Assembly (NCBI GenBank): GCA_028023455.1
Contig: JAQFVV010000003.1
Location: forward strand, 25,482,001-25,546,000
Direction of reading: 5' to 3'
Source of the DNA: Epiperipatus broadwayi
Lineage: Eukaryota > Animalia > Onychophora
Length of the DNA stretch: 64,000 nucleotides
Shown here: piece after piece, positions 1-10,756 of the stretch
Position numbering within the stretch: the stretch's first letter is position 1
Layout: the number at the start of each line of letters is the position of its first letter
Notes under the pieces: generated by a model
Database searches by the model: none
The model's input: the letters and a program-made list of their open reading frames with translations, nothing else
What the model was told of the DNA's origin: nothing
Translations under genes and position numbers: made by a program

Positions 1-1729
1 ATTTACAGTATTTAATATTTATTAAAGAGATCTTTTATTATAATGTTAAATAAATAAAAGATACATGTTTAATTTTTGATATATATGGTTTATGCATATA
101 AAATTTTATAAAACTATAATTTTATTTAAAAAGTATTCACTTAATATTATAAATTGTAAATAATTATGTAACTTAAAATAAATTATAAAGAACACTGTAA
201 TATTTAAAAGGATATTCTAACAAATTGATGATTATAAGAAATAATTTAAAAAATCATATTAATAATAATTACAAATCTTTACACAATGGGAATCTGCCTC
301 AAAACAAATCAATCAAAGACATGAGTGAAAAAAAGGGAAATTTATTACATTACTATGGAAATAGTATTCAATCTGATGACCTAAACATAATGTTGGAAAG
401 AGAATCTATAAATATAACTGAACTTTTTATATATACATATTTAATATTATATTCATTCTTTTGGCTAGATTCATACATAGGCAATCAATTATTCATTCCT
501 ATACTTTTACTTTAAAATTATATCAAAGACACAATGTCAAAAATGCTGGGCAAAAAATAAAATAAAAATGTGTCTAAGAAGACAATAGCTTCTAAATTGC
601 TTTAATATAATGTCATAAGGAACATTATTTAAAATAAGAATGCTTTAAATTTTTAGGAATGATAAAATGAGAAAACAAACATAATGAATATGCAACTTAT
701 TTATCTACACACCTGTAATAATTAATTAATTTTCTTGGAAAAATTGTATCATTCTTGAATTGAAAAACAAACAAAAAAAAAACATGAACTGTCTTTGTCT
801 TCCAATTTAATATATATTTTTTGCAATTGTTTTCTGTTATTAAAAAGAAAAAAAAATATTATTCATAGATTATTGTTTATAATATAGATGTATTTGCAGC
901 ATTTTAAAGGGAAATGATCCGAAAAACAGTTATCACTATAAAGTAAAATCATATGTTATAATTTTAGTATATAAGCATCATTTTAAATATATGAATGTTT
1001 ATTTTTAAAATAAGGTTGTTGTAAGTTGATAATTAATATTTACTGTTTCATTGTGCAAATCTTCTATGATTTATATTTGCATGTAGATGCATTCTAGTTT
1101 AAAGCCATATATTTATAAGGCACAGTATATTAGAAGAATATATTATAAAATGTTATGCTAAATATTATATGATGGAATAAAATATAATGAATAAAAGTAG
1201 CTACTAAAAATAATACAATGTCCATGTTTTCAGAAGATAATATAATGAAAGACCAATGCACTTCATTTATGGTTATTAAAAAATTAAAGAAAACATACTA
1301 AATAATATAATTGCAATTAAATTTTATTAAAGCAAATTTTATGCTTATTTTAAAAACAATCTTTTTTAATGGTGGTGATTTTGTGAAATGACATACATAT
1401 TGAACTATCTTTATCCATATAGGATATAAAAATACACATTTAATATATATATATATTCATATCTGAAATGTATCTGAGAAGACATCCTGTTATTTATTTA
1501 TTTTAATGTAAATAAAGTATGATTTTATTTTATCTAAATTAACTTGAAATTTGTATTTCTTATCTAATATCATCTCATTGCATAATAATTTTATTCTATG
1601 TCACATAATATTCTAGCATGTTTTATTCATTAATCTAATTTATTTTAAAAGTGTTATCAAAAAGTATTCTAAAATTAATAGATTGAGGAAGAAGAGTATA
1701 ATTATTTGAGTCATTGTACTTTACTAGTT

Positions 1730-1927
1730 ATGAATACTACCACTTCAAACCCAAGATAAGTCTTTGGAAAAAATAGAATGAATCATCTATCTTTTCGAAC
1801 CCAAACACTTATATATGGGCAAAAGTGGGAGTATTCATTTATTGTTAAAAATATACAAAGTGCATGTGCAATAGCTTAATGCTGATTATTAATATTACAG
1901 TTTATAAACATCGCGCTATATAAAATA
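1730..1927. repeat. Head-to-head pair of a local repeat family (minus copy 1730-1823 joined to plus copy 1824-1927)
   Basis: The reverse complement of 1730-1823 matches 2201-2295, and 1824-1927 matches 2281-2385 directly. Same family as the palindrome at 4817-5065 (shared gtattcatt...caaagYgcatgtgcaa...aatgctg...tattacagtt...aaacatcgc). Confidence 0.7.
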
Positions 1928-2050
1928 GGTACTCTAACCCAACCTGCTATGTGGCCGCTAGAGCTTTCGAGGCCCCTACCCTGTATGTTCTGTGTGGAAA
2001 CACAGAAACAACGCCTCTAGTGGCCACATAGCAGGTTGGGTTAGAGTACC
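1928..2050. mobile_element. 123-bp MITE, Merlin-like (GGTAC termini, 8-bp TSD)
   Basis: About 36-bp TIRs ggtactctaacccaacctgctatgtggccgctagag / ctctagtggccacatagcaggttgggttagagtacc. TSD ataaaata at 1920-1927 and 2051-2058. The paralogous site at 2378-2385 is empty. GGNRM ends with an 8-bp TSD fit Merlin; the superfamily call is inference. Confidence 0.85.
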
Positions 2051-2200
2051 ATAAAATAAAGTTTACATACATTTAATTTCATATAAGAATGACATATCAT
2101 AAATTCTAGTAAATTTCGCCAGCGTCATTCATTCAAGCATGTAAAAAGTAATTTAAAGTGATCGTTTAATATCTTCATGCTCTCACTTTCAAATACTTAA

Positions 2201-2385
2201 GATTTGCTCATACATAAGTCTTTGGGTTCAAAAAAATAGATGATTCATTCTATCTTTTCCAAAGACTTATCTTGTGTTTTAAGTGGGAGTATTCATTTAT
2301 TGTTAAAAATCTACAAAGCACATTTGCAATAGCTTAATGCTGATTATTAATATTACAGTTTATAAACATCGCATTATATAAAATA
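2201..2385 (+). repeat. Second copy of the local repeat family (no MITE)
   Basis: Aligns by eye with 1730-1927. Contains the hairpin aaaaaatag-atgattcatt-ctatctttt. Confidence 0.7.
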
Positions 2386-3310
2386 AATAAATTATTTACT
2401 AATTATGATATAGTTTGTATGCATACATATAATAAAAAATGTTTTATTTATGTAAGTCTAATTACTTATTTTATGTAGTTAGTTCAATCCATACCATAGG
2501 ATTATATGAACATTCAGTTATTAATTATAGTTGGGTACAATAAAATTTCCCCTCTGAATATTTAGCTGTGTGTTAATGTATGGATTAGTTAATATGCTTA
2601 ACTATATTATCAAAACTCTAAGAGTCTTCCCTTCTCATTTTTCCCTTTCATTTATTGACAGTTATACATTTTTGGTGTTCCAACATATTGACAGAATAGC
2701 CATTACAATATATACATCAAAATGAAGATGTTCATGAGCTCTGAATGTAAATGATATATTATCCAGGTTCATCTATATGTGATTTATTGTAATATACCAG
2801 TGTTTTTCACTCTGGGCATTCAACTTGGTAGATGAATATTATAAAAACAGTCATAGAAATGCTTAAACATTGGTATATAACAAGACTGAAAATTCTACCA
2901 CCAGAAATATGTATAGAAAATTTTAAAAAATATTAAAAATCAGAAATTATTCAGATCTGTTTTTAAAAAATTCTTTCAAATAGAAGGAAGTTTATATCAG
3001 TCATCACATTTGTTGATACAATTCAGTCTCTTAAAGGATCTGATTTTGAAAGAGAATAAAATTAAATGGCATGGCAGAAGAAAAAATTTATAAAATACAT
3101 AAGAGATATATATATTAATTGCATGTAATTTATAACAGCTTTTATGATTATTAACATTAGTTTGATATAATTATATAAATTTTTTGCTCAAATTCATTAT
3201 TCAAACATTAAACTTATTAACATAAATTACAGATGATAATAAAACACATGAAATGACAACAAATGGTATGTATTATTTTATATGCATCTTTATTTTACAT
3301 GTAGCATTTA

Positions 3311-3510
3311 TTGAGCTTCATTTATGGATATGAACAATCATTACATCAGTACTAGAAAAGAGGAACATGCTAATGCAATTAATCAACACTCATCATAATA
3401 TTGATTTCTCCAACATCGGGATCCTATCCAGATGTGATGCTCTCCACCAACATAAGATAAAAAGCCATTGACATACTTAAGGGGCTGAATTGTATCAATA
3501 AACATGATTG
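3311..3510 (+). mobile_element. Decayed Penelope-like element fragment (GIY-YIG region)
   Basis: Nucleotide similarity to 62610-62850, e.g. catgctaatgca-ttaa-caacactcatcat, ttgattt-tc, atccagatgtgat, aagccattga-atactt, ttgtatcaataa. Confidence 0.75.
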
Positions 3511-3513
3511 TGT

Positions 3514-3726
3514 TCTAAACACACATCAGTGAAGCTATTTTTCAATACTTTCTAGCTTAGTGCTTTCGGGAGTTACGTGTTCCCATATTCATAGCTTGTG
3601 CTAACAATGGCTTTGTGTTAGCTTGTGCAATATTGATGTATGCAAATATGAATATGGAAACAACTAGCTCCCAAAAGCATTAAGCTAGAAAGTATTGAAA
3701 AATAGCTTCACTGATGTGTGTTTAGA
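3514..3726. mobile_element. Palindromic mini-element; arms read outward from a hammerhead-like motif
   Basis: Arms 3514-3593 and 3647-3726 are near-perfect reverse complements. The left arm read outward is gct-atgaata-t-ggga-acacgtaac-tccc-gaaa-gcac-ta-agc. Confidence 0.6.
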
Positions 3727-4816
3727 GTGCAACATATATGTTACAAATTATTAATGAAGTAGATAAACTAAGTATTAGATGATGACCTATTTAAACTTCT
3801 ATTTAGAAGAATTTTTTTAAACACATAACAATCTTGAATAATTTCTGATTTTTATTATTTTATTTTTAAAATTTTTATATAAATGTTTTCTATTGATGAA
3901 TTTTTAATCTTATTATACATCAATTTTTACAGCAACTATACAACTGTTTTATAATATTCATTTATCCAGTTGATGGCCAGTGTGACCCAGCCAAAATGTT
4001 GATATATTAATACAATAAATAATACAGGAGGGAACCTGGATAATATATCACATATATATGGTATTTATACAATTTTTTTATTAAAACAATATACATCGTA
4101 CAATAATTATTTACAATCAATATCAAGATTACTGACTAGTGGTAGAATTAAAATATCTAATAAGCATGCGATTCAAATTTTTATTTCATCTTTTTTTACT
4201 CAAAATAAGTCAAAATCTCTAGGCGGTCACACAAACCTTCACTGCAGATTACATGCAGTCCACAGGCAATGTTTTGGACAGCTCTGATCTAGTTCATTGG
4301 TGTGCTTTGTGGAACTGTTAAAAATTCTTTACCATCAATTTAAAGATGATTTTACATTATCTGCATTCTGATTTTTTTAGAGTTTAAGAAACGTTTTAAT
4401 CTATAATCATATCAATGAACAAAAAGGTTTTAATATTGTCGCTTTACTTTTATTCAAAGTCCTGACAAATGTCCAACATTATATATGCATTGTCATAAAT
4501 TTTCCTCATAAATCTTTCCATTTAATAGTTCTTTTATATAGTTGATATCTGTAAAAATCTTCACAATCGGTAGTTTCATTAAGCATGATATAGCAACAAA
4601 TAAAGCTCTTTTATTTGATTTCATTAAGAACATAATTAAAAACATTTCTGATAGAAACTATTAAATCATTATGTATTCAACTTGGAAATCCCAGAAATAC
4701 ATTTTACAGAATCTATTCTCATGACAATAGCACATCATAATTACTTTACAGATACATAATTTCAATTTAGTTGCTTCTGTTGTATGAATGATCACCTTTT
4801 TCATAAATACAGAATA

Positions 4817-5065
4817 AGTCAATTATTTTATATAGGGCGATGTTTTTACCAACTGTAATATTTAAACAGCATTAAACTGTTGCACATGCGCTTTGGATTT
4901 TAACTATAAAATGAATGAATACTTCAAGTGTTTGAAGTGTTAGTATTCATCCATTTTATAGTTAAAATCCAAAGCGCATGTGCAATAGTGTTAGTATTCA
5001 TTCATTTTATAGTTAAAATCCAAAGCGCATGTGCAACAGTTTAATGCTGTTTAAATATTACAATG
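4817..5065. mobile_element. Palindromic mini-element with 11-bp TSD and an internal ~52-bp tandem duplication
   Basis: About 70-bp inverted arms (tgtaatatttaaacagcatt...gaatgaatact / agtattcattc...aaatattaca). aatacagaata occurs at 4806-4816 and 5066-5076. Confidence 0.7.
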
Positions 5066-5604
5066 AATACAGAATATAAATTCATATATTCCTAAGTGAT
5101 TCATTACCATAATTAAACTTTAAAATATCCTACAGGTTTTTAAAATATTTTTATTGTGAATCCAAAATACTGAAAAGTATATTTCTATAGAACAATAAAT
5201 ATGAACTGAGCCAAAGGTTTTAAATGGAATCATCACTTTTAAATAACGTCATGATGTTTTCCTTTTTTGAGCTTTAAACAAATCATTTAAATTCTTAAAG
5301 CCAACTAAATTCCATCGTTTTTTTTTTTATTATTAAAAAAAATATCAATAAAAATGTAGCAATTGTTTCTTAATATCGTGTATCAAAATAGTATCCAAAT
5401 GCAAAATAGAGATTTTCATTTTTATGTTTAAATTAGTCATTTTTAATTTCGATCTTATTTTCATTATTATTTCTTTATCAATAAAATTCAGAAATCTAAT
5501 TGATCTTTCCAATAAAAAGCCAATTACGCAACATTTATTGATGGAACATTTTAAAATTAAAATATTTCAAAATATATATAAAATGTACCTATAAAGTAAT
5601 CAAT

Positions 5605-7815
5605 TCTGTCCTGTAAATGGGTCCAGGAAGCAGTCACATCACAAATGCATCCTCCCATCTCTTATATCATCCAGCAAGTCAACCTCTTCCAGCCTTTATT
5701 TTTATTTCTACTCATCATTTTTTCCAAAACATCATTCATTTTACTATTTTTTCTTCTTAATATAAATCCAGTTCAGTTCCTCTTTCTATCTCTAATTTCC
5801 CGAATCCATCTTTTTTTTTTCATTTACTCTTGTCAAAACCTCATTTGTCATTTTATGCATCCAACTAATTTTTTTCATAATTCTCCATGACCACATCTTG
5901 ACGATTTCTAATCTGTTTCAAATTTTTTCTACTCATAATCAATGTTTCACAATCATACAACAATTCACTCCACACATAGCATTTAATTAAACGTTTTTTC
6001 CTTAATTCTCTCTTCAGAGGTCCACAAAATATTTTCTTTCTCTTAGTAAATGCCTCCTTTGCGATGTTATTCTTCCTTTAACTTCTTTTTCAGTTTTTCT
6101 AAACTCACTCAACCAATTATCCAAATATCTAAATACATTTACTTGTTGAATTATGTTATCATAGATTTCAATTTGCAGTTTTTTGCATTCCTCCCTATCC
6201 ATAAAAACTTGTTTTTTTTTTTATCAACATTAATTTTCATTCTATATTCCATATATCTTTCTGCCAATTTATTCAACATATTCTGAAGACTCTTTTCATC
6301 CTCAGTTAAAATATATCATCTAAATCTTATACACTTTCTTATTCTACCTCAACATGTGTTCCTCCACATTATAAATATTTATTTAGCATGTCTTCTAAAT
6401 AAATATTAAAAAATACAGTTGTCATACTGCATTCTTTCCAAATTTCCTTTTCTATATCACTTCATCAATATCATGATTCTCCAGTCTACTTCTTATTCTT
6501 TTTCCAATATACATATTCTAAATCAACAATTCTTTCTTTCCAAAATACTCCTTTTTAAAAAAAAGATGGTCAGCAGTTTATTCCAGATAATTCTATCAAA
6601 TACTTTTTCTAAATCCACAAACATATACTAATTTCTTTATCTTTTTCAATATATCTCTTTACAATTGTTCTAAAAACACCAATTGCATCTCATGATCTCC
6701 ATCTCTTATATTAGCTATTAAACAAGGCAAAACTCTCCATACAGTAGTGCCACCCTGTCCACCAGCCTTCTGGTATTTATTGATTACTCTGTTTGGCACA
6801 GGATGGCACTACTGTTTGGAGAGTTTTGCCTTACCAATTGCATCTCTTGTATTTTTCTCTCTCTGAAAATCAAATGGTCCTCCATATTAAAATCCTCAAT
6901 AAAACTTTAGAAGTATATGATAACAAACTTGTTGTCCTGTACTCAATACATTCAACAGTTTTCTTCTTTTTAGCAATTAGAATCATTATAGCTCTCAAAA
7001 ATCTTCAGGCCCAACTCACTATTATATATCAAATTGCAAAGTCAAAATTATTTTCTTTATAATAATTTCTTCTATTTCTTTCAAAAATTCTATAGGTTTT
7101 ATATCAAATCCACAGCTTTATCATTTTTTACTTGTTCAAGTGACTTTATTATTTCAACTTTCAATAGGTCCACACCTTTATTATCTTCTTCAATATCTTT
7201 ATTTTCAAATTTATAATTAATTGAATTATTTTCTTTTCTAAATAGATGTTGAAGATATTCTTTCCATCTTTTCAATATCAGTTAATCTTTTTTCTTATCA
7301 GCTATTTCACTTGTTAACCATTTCTTTTTTCCCCAATTGATATTTTTAATTCTATTAAATACCAGATTATATATTTTTATCTGATGAAGCACTTTTATCT
7401 CTCTATACTTTTGTTACAAACATTTTTCTTTTGCTAAATTCATTTCTCTCCTTAGTTCATTATTAATTTTTCTATATGCTCTTTGTCCTTGCTCAGTATT
7501 GACATACTTCCATCTTTTCTAACATACTTTCTGTTATTCAAAGTCATTTAGATTTCTTTAACCAAATAGTTCATATTTCATTTTTTGCTGTTTTTAATAT
7601 TCCTTGTTTAATTCTATACCAATGCTTATCAGAAATATTCATATATTTTTCATCTTTATCCATTCTTTTTATTATATTTTCGTATATTAAACCAAATCTT
7701 TCCTTTTTCATTTCTCTAAGTTTCATCTTGCACATCTTTTCCTTCTTTTTATTCTTTTTAGACTCAATTTTAATTTAATTATAATCAAATTATGGACAGT
7801 AAGCAGATTAAATTA
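5605..7815 (-). mobile_element. Decayed RTE-clade LINE (end of APE, RT, C-terminal region), many stops and frameshifts
   Basis: Minus-strand peptides HNLIIIKLKLSLKR (after the APE SDH position), TRDAIGVFRTIVKRYIEKDKE, VDLEKVFDRIIWNKL, IQQVNVFRYL and KRLIKCYVWSELLYDCETL are typical of RTE ORFs. Confidence 0.85.
6692..6832. mobile_element. 141-bp insertion into the RTE RT, mostly a foldback (6724-6832)
   Basis: About 35-bp inverted repeats aaggcaaaactctccatacagtagtgccaccctgt / acaggatggcactactgtttggagagttttgcctt. Duplicated accaattgcatctc at 6678-6691 and 6833-6846. The RT reading TRDAIG is interrupted here. Confidence 0.7.
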
Positions 7816-8529
7816 TAACTCATATCTTTCTGTTCGAATGATAACTTTAATAAAAGTACTTTTGATAAAACTCGAATATCAACAATAAAATTACTGTATT
7901 CATGGCATAAAACAAATTATTGTACACTATTACAAATATATTTCAATTAATGTTATGATGCCCCAGTAAGCATAACTTTTTGTTACTGAGTGTATTTAAA
8001 TTCAAACATTTTCCCCACTAACACAATTACTGTACAGGTTACTATGAATATCTTTGAAATATTGCCATGATATACCAATAATTTAGATTTAATTTTCAAA
8101 AATTGCTTTCACTGGGATAAATTACTGCATAGACTATTATATATATATATATTATCAGGATATTGCCACTTTACACTAACAAACAGTAGCACATTTTTTT
8201 ATAATTCTGTATATTTAATTCAAAAATTGCTTCTTCTAGCATTTGAATATAAGGCAGAAAAAGCACTGAGATAATGCTAGAAAACATTATCTCACCTAAT
8301 CATTACATATATACTGCTATTAGATGATAGTAATAGTTACATTACAAAGCAAAAATAATGCCATGTTAGGAAAGTATGTTTTTTTTACTAGTATTTGTTT
8401 ATCAGGCTCATATAGTAATCTTTAAAAATAGAATTTATTCTAAGGGTTATAAACAAATGCTTTTTAAAGCACAGTAGAATTAGTAAATTAGTGCAGAAAT
8501 GCATCACCAATAAATCATATGATATAATG

Positions 8530-8625
8530 ACCATGCATTCATATGTTAAGTTTATTTTGTGTGATTTTTTTTTTATGCAGGGTTTTCTGCAGAATGTATC
8601 TACCACATAAAAAGAGACCCAAGTG
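8530..8625 (-). mobile_element. Single end of the Tigger/pogo family seen at 47560
   Basis: The minus strand reads ta-cacttgggtctctttttatgtggtagata...cagaaaac, matching the left end of 47560-48756. Confidence 0.7.
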
Positions 8626-9218
8626 TATAATAAATAAGATAGTTCTTAAACTGTGACAGAGCAGTATCTAGTTTTTACTGTTGAATCAAGATTTGGTGCA
8701 ACGCAAAAGAGTCAGCATTTGGAAATGTCTGATAATAAGAATAACGAAATTTTAAAAAATTACATCTCTGAAACATTAAAACAACTAGAATATTTTAAAC
8801 AAAAATACTTAATTGCTTATGACTGCCAATAATAGAATCATAAAAAATCAGACAAATATTGGGAAATTATTGAAACAAAATTTTGTCAGTTTCATGCTGT
8901 AATCGTAAACATTTTATGTTTAGTTATGACATAGTCAATATTTAAAATCAATAATAGATACATTTTATCTAATATAAAAAATTTCTTTTATCAGCCTGTG
9001 GTTTTTATCTAATATTTATGTATATCATTATTGATAGTCTATTATAAATTTGACAAGAAGTTTTGATTTTCTATCATGTTTTAGTAAAAATTTAAAGATT
9101 AATATGCTTGCTGATTCCTCCCTCTCCCTTATATGATTGGAGAGAGTGGGGTAAATTTAGTGCACCAGTTGGTAAATATTTCAAATATCAACCATAATAA
9201 GTAATATATATATATATA

Positions 9219-10306
9219 ATCATTAAAAACCAGTCAACATTTAGACAATCCCAATATCAATAACAATCAACAATTATTAACTGTTGTTAAGGCAACCCCC
9301 TTTTAACAATAAGGGTAGAATCCCAACCTTATTAATGGTTTAATATACTTATATAGACACTAAAGATTGCAACTTGTCAAGCGTTGGGGACCTAGCGGTT
9401 AGCATAGCTGTCTTCCAAGCAGCTGGCCCAGGTCACTTCCCGGTCAACGCATTTGACATATGGAAAAAAAAAGATTGCAATTTGACCACAGAGATTGAAA
9501 TTATTGATACAAAGAAGTTTAAATAAACTTCTTTAAACAGATAAATAAAACCTATTTTGAATGCAGACTAATAAATAGTCAATTATAAGATTACAAACTG
9601 CAATTATAAATTTCAAATTGCACCCAAAGTATTACTTAAATAATAAGTAAAATAATAATAATAAGTGTAATAATGTTCAAGGCTAAATGGGTTTATAAGT
9701 AATCATTAAACACCAGTCAACATTTAAACAATCCCAATATCAATAACAATCAACAAATTCAAACTGTTGTCAAAGCAACCTTTTTTTAACAAAAAGGTGG
9801 AATGCATCTTTATTACTTGTTCAATATATTTATATAGACACTAAAGATTGCAACTTGACATCAGAGATTGAAATTATTGATACAAACAAAGTTTAAATAA
9901 ACCTCTCTAAACAGGTAAATATAAACTATTCTGAATACAAACTAATATTTATTCAAAAAAAAAATACAAACTGCAATTATAAATTTCACTCAAAGTATTA
10001 TTTAAATAATAAGTATAATAATGCTCAAGACTTAATGGGTTTATAAGTACTCATTAAAAACCAGTCAACATTTAAACAATCCCAATATCAATAACAATCA
10101 ACAATTTCTAACTGTCGTCAAGGCAAACTCTTTTTAGTAATAAAGAGAGCAATCTTTCCCTTATATATATATATAAGTGAACAGACCATAAATAAAGAAG
10201 GGATTTAATCTTTATTATTAAAAGAAAATTGCCTTAATAATAGATTGAAGTAATTGATTATTATTGATATTGGGATTGTCTAAGTGTTAAACTGGTTTTT
10301 AATGAT
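9219..10306. repeat. Foldback/TIR element with about 100-bp terminal repeats; left end tandemly reiterated (units start at 9219, 9702, 10050), inverted copy ends at 10306, set in (TA)n
   Basis: atcattaaaaaccagtcaacatttagacaatcccaatatcaataacaatc occurs three times direct and once inverted (about 10200-10306). Confidence 0.75.
9373..9469 (+). mobile_element. tRNA-Gly(TCC)-derived short SINE/retrocopy
   Basis: 9381-9451 closely follows eukaryotic tRNA-Gly-TCC (gcgttgg...agcatagctg-cttccaagcag...ttcccgg-caacgca). A-rich tail. TSD aaagattgcaa at 9362-9372 and 9470-9480. Empty paralogous site near 9843. The T-loop is damaged, so this is not a functional tRNA gene. Confidence 0.85.
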
Positions 10307-10428
10307 ATATATAAACATTAAAATACTAAAGCCAAACTAGTCAATAAATAATCAAAATTACTCCAAATTCACAACTCAACCAGACCATCCCAAAAAATAA
10401 ACTCTAAAACACAACTAATCATTTAACT

Positions 10429-10756
10429 CAGGGGTCCCCAACCTTTTTGCACTTAAGAGCACATTCTATAATACCGGCCAGGTGGCGCGCATCATTTATT
10501 TTTTCAATGTAAATTTATAATTGGATATTGTTAATAATACACAGAATGTACAAAAAAAATATTTATTTACACTGTAAAAATATAGTATGCCCTACAATTT
10601 GATTACAATATAATACAATAATTTATAAGAAATTTTAAAAATTAAATTTATTTATATCAGATAAATAATTTTTTATTGTGTTAGGATAGCGGCGGGCACG
10701 AATAAAATAGTCTGCGGGCGCCACGATGCCCGCGGGCATAGGGTTGGGGACCCCTG
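10429..10756. mobile_element. hAT (Buster/Charlie-type) MITE, young
   Basis: TIR caggggtccccaacc / ggttggggacccctg. 8-bp TSD atttaact (central TA). CpGs retained. Confidence 0.92.

Larger units (their letters stand above)
2750..4050. repeat. Old diverged inverted repeat pair (about 2750-3005 and 3780-4050)
   Basis: The reverse complement of 3780-4050 matches 2750-3005 in blocks (gatatattatccaggttc; atgaatattataaaa; aaaatcagaaattattca; aaaaaattct). Confidence 0.55.

Noticed and set aside
225-515. 96-aa ORF and the many other 60-100-aa AT-rich ORFs in the track
   Set aside because: No recognisable motifs; composition (I, L, F, K, N, Y) is what AT-rich non-coding DNA gives.
9381-9451. Functional tRNA-Gly gene
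   Set aside because: T-loop/B-box is damaged (ggtcacttcc), and it has an A-tail, a TSD and an empty paralogous site.
9219-10150. CRISPR-like repeat array
   Set aside because: Eukaryotic context, and whole units are duplicated with no unique spacers.
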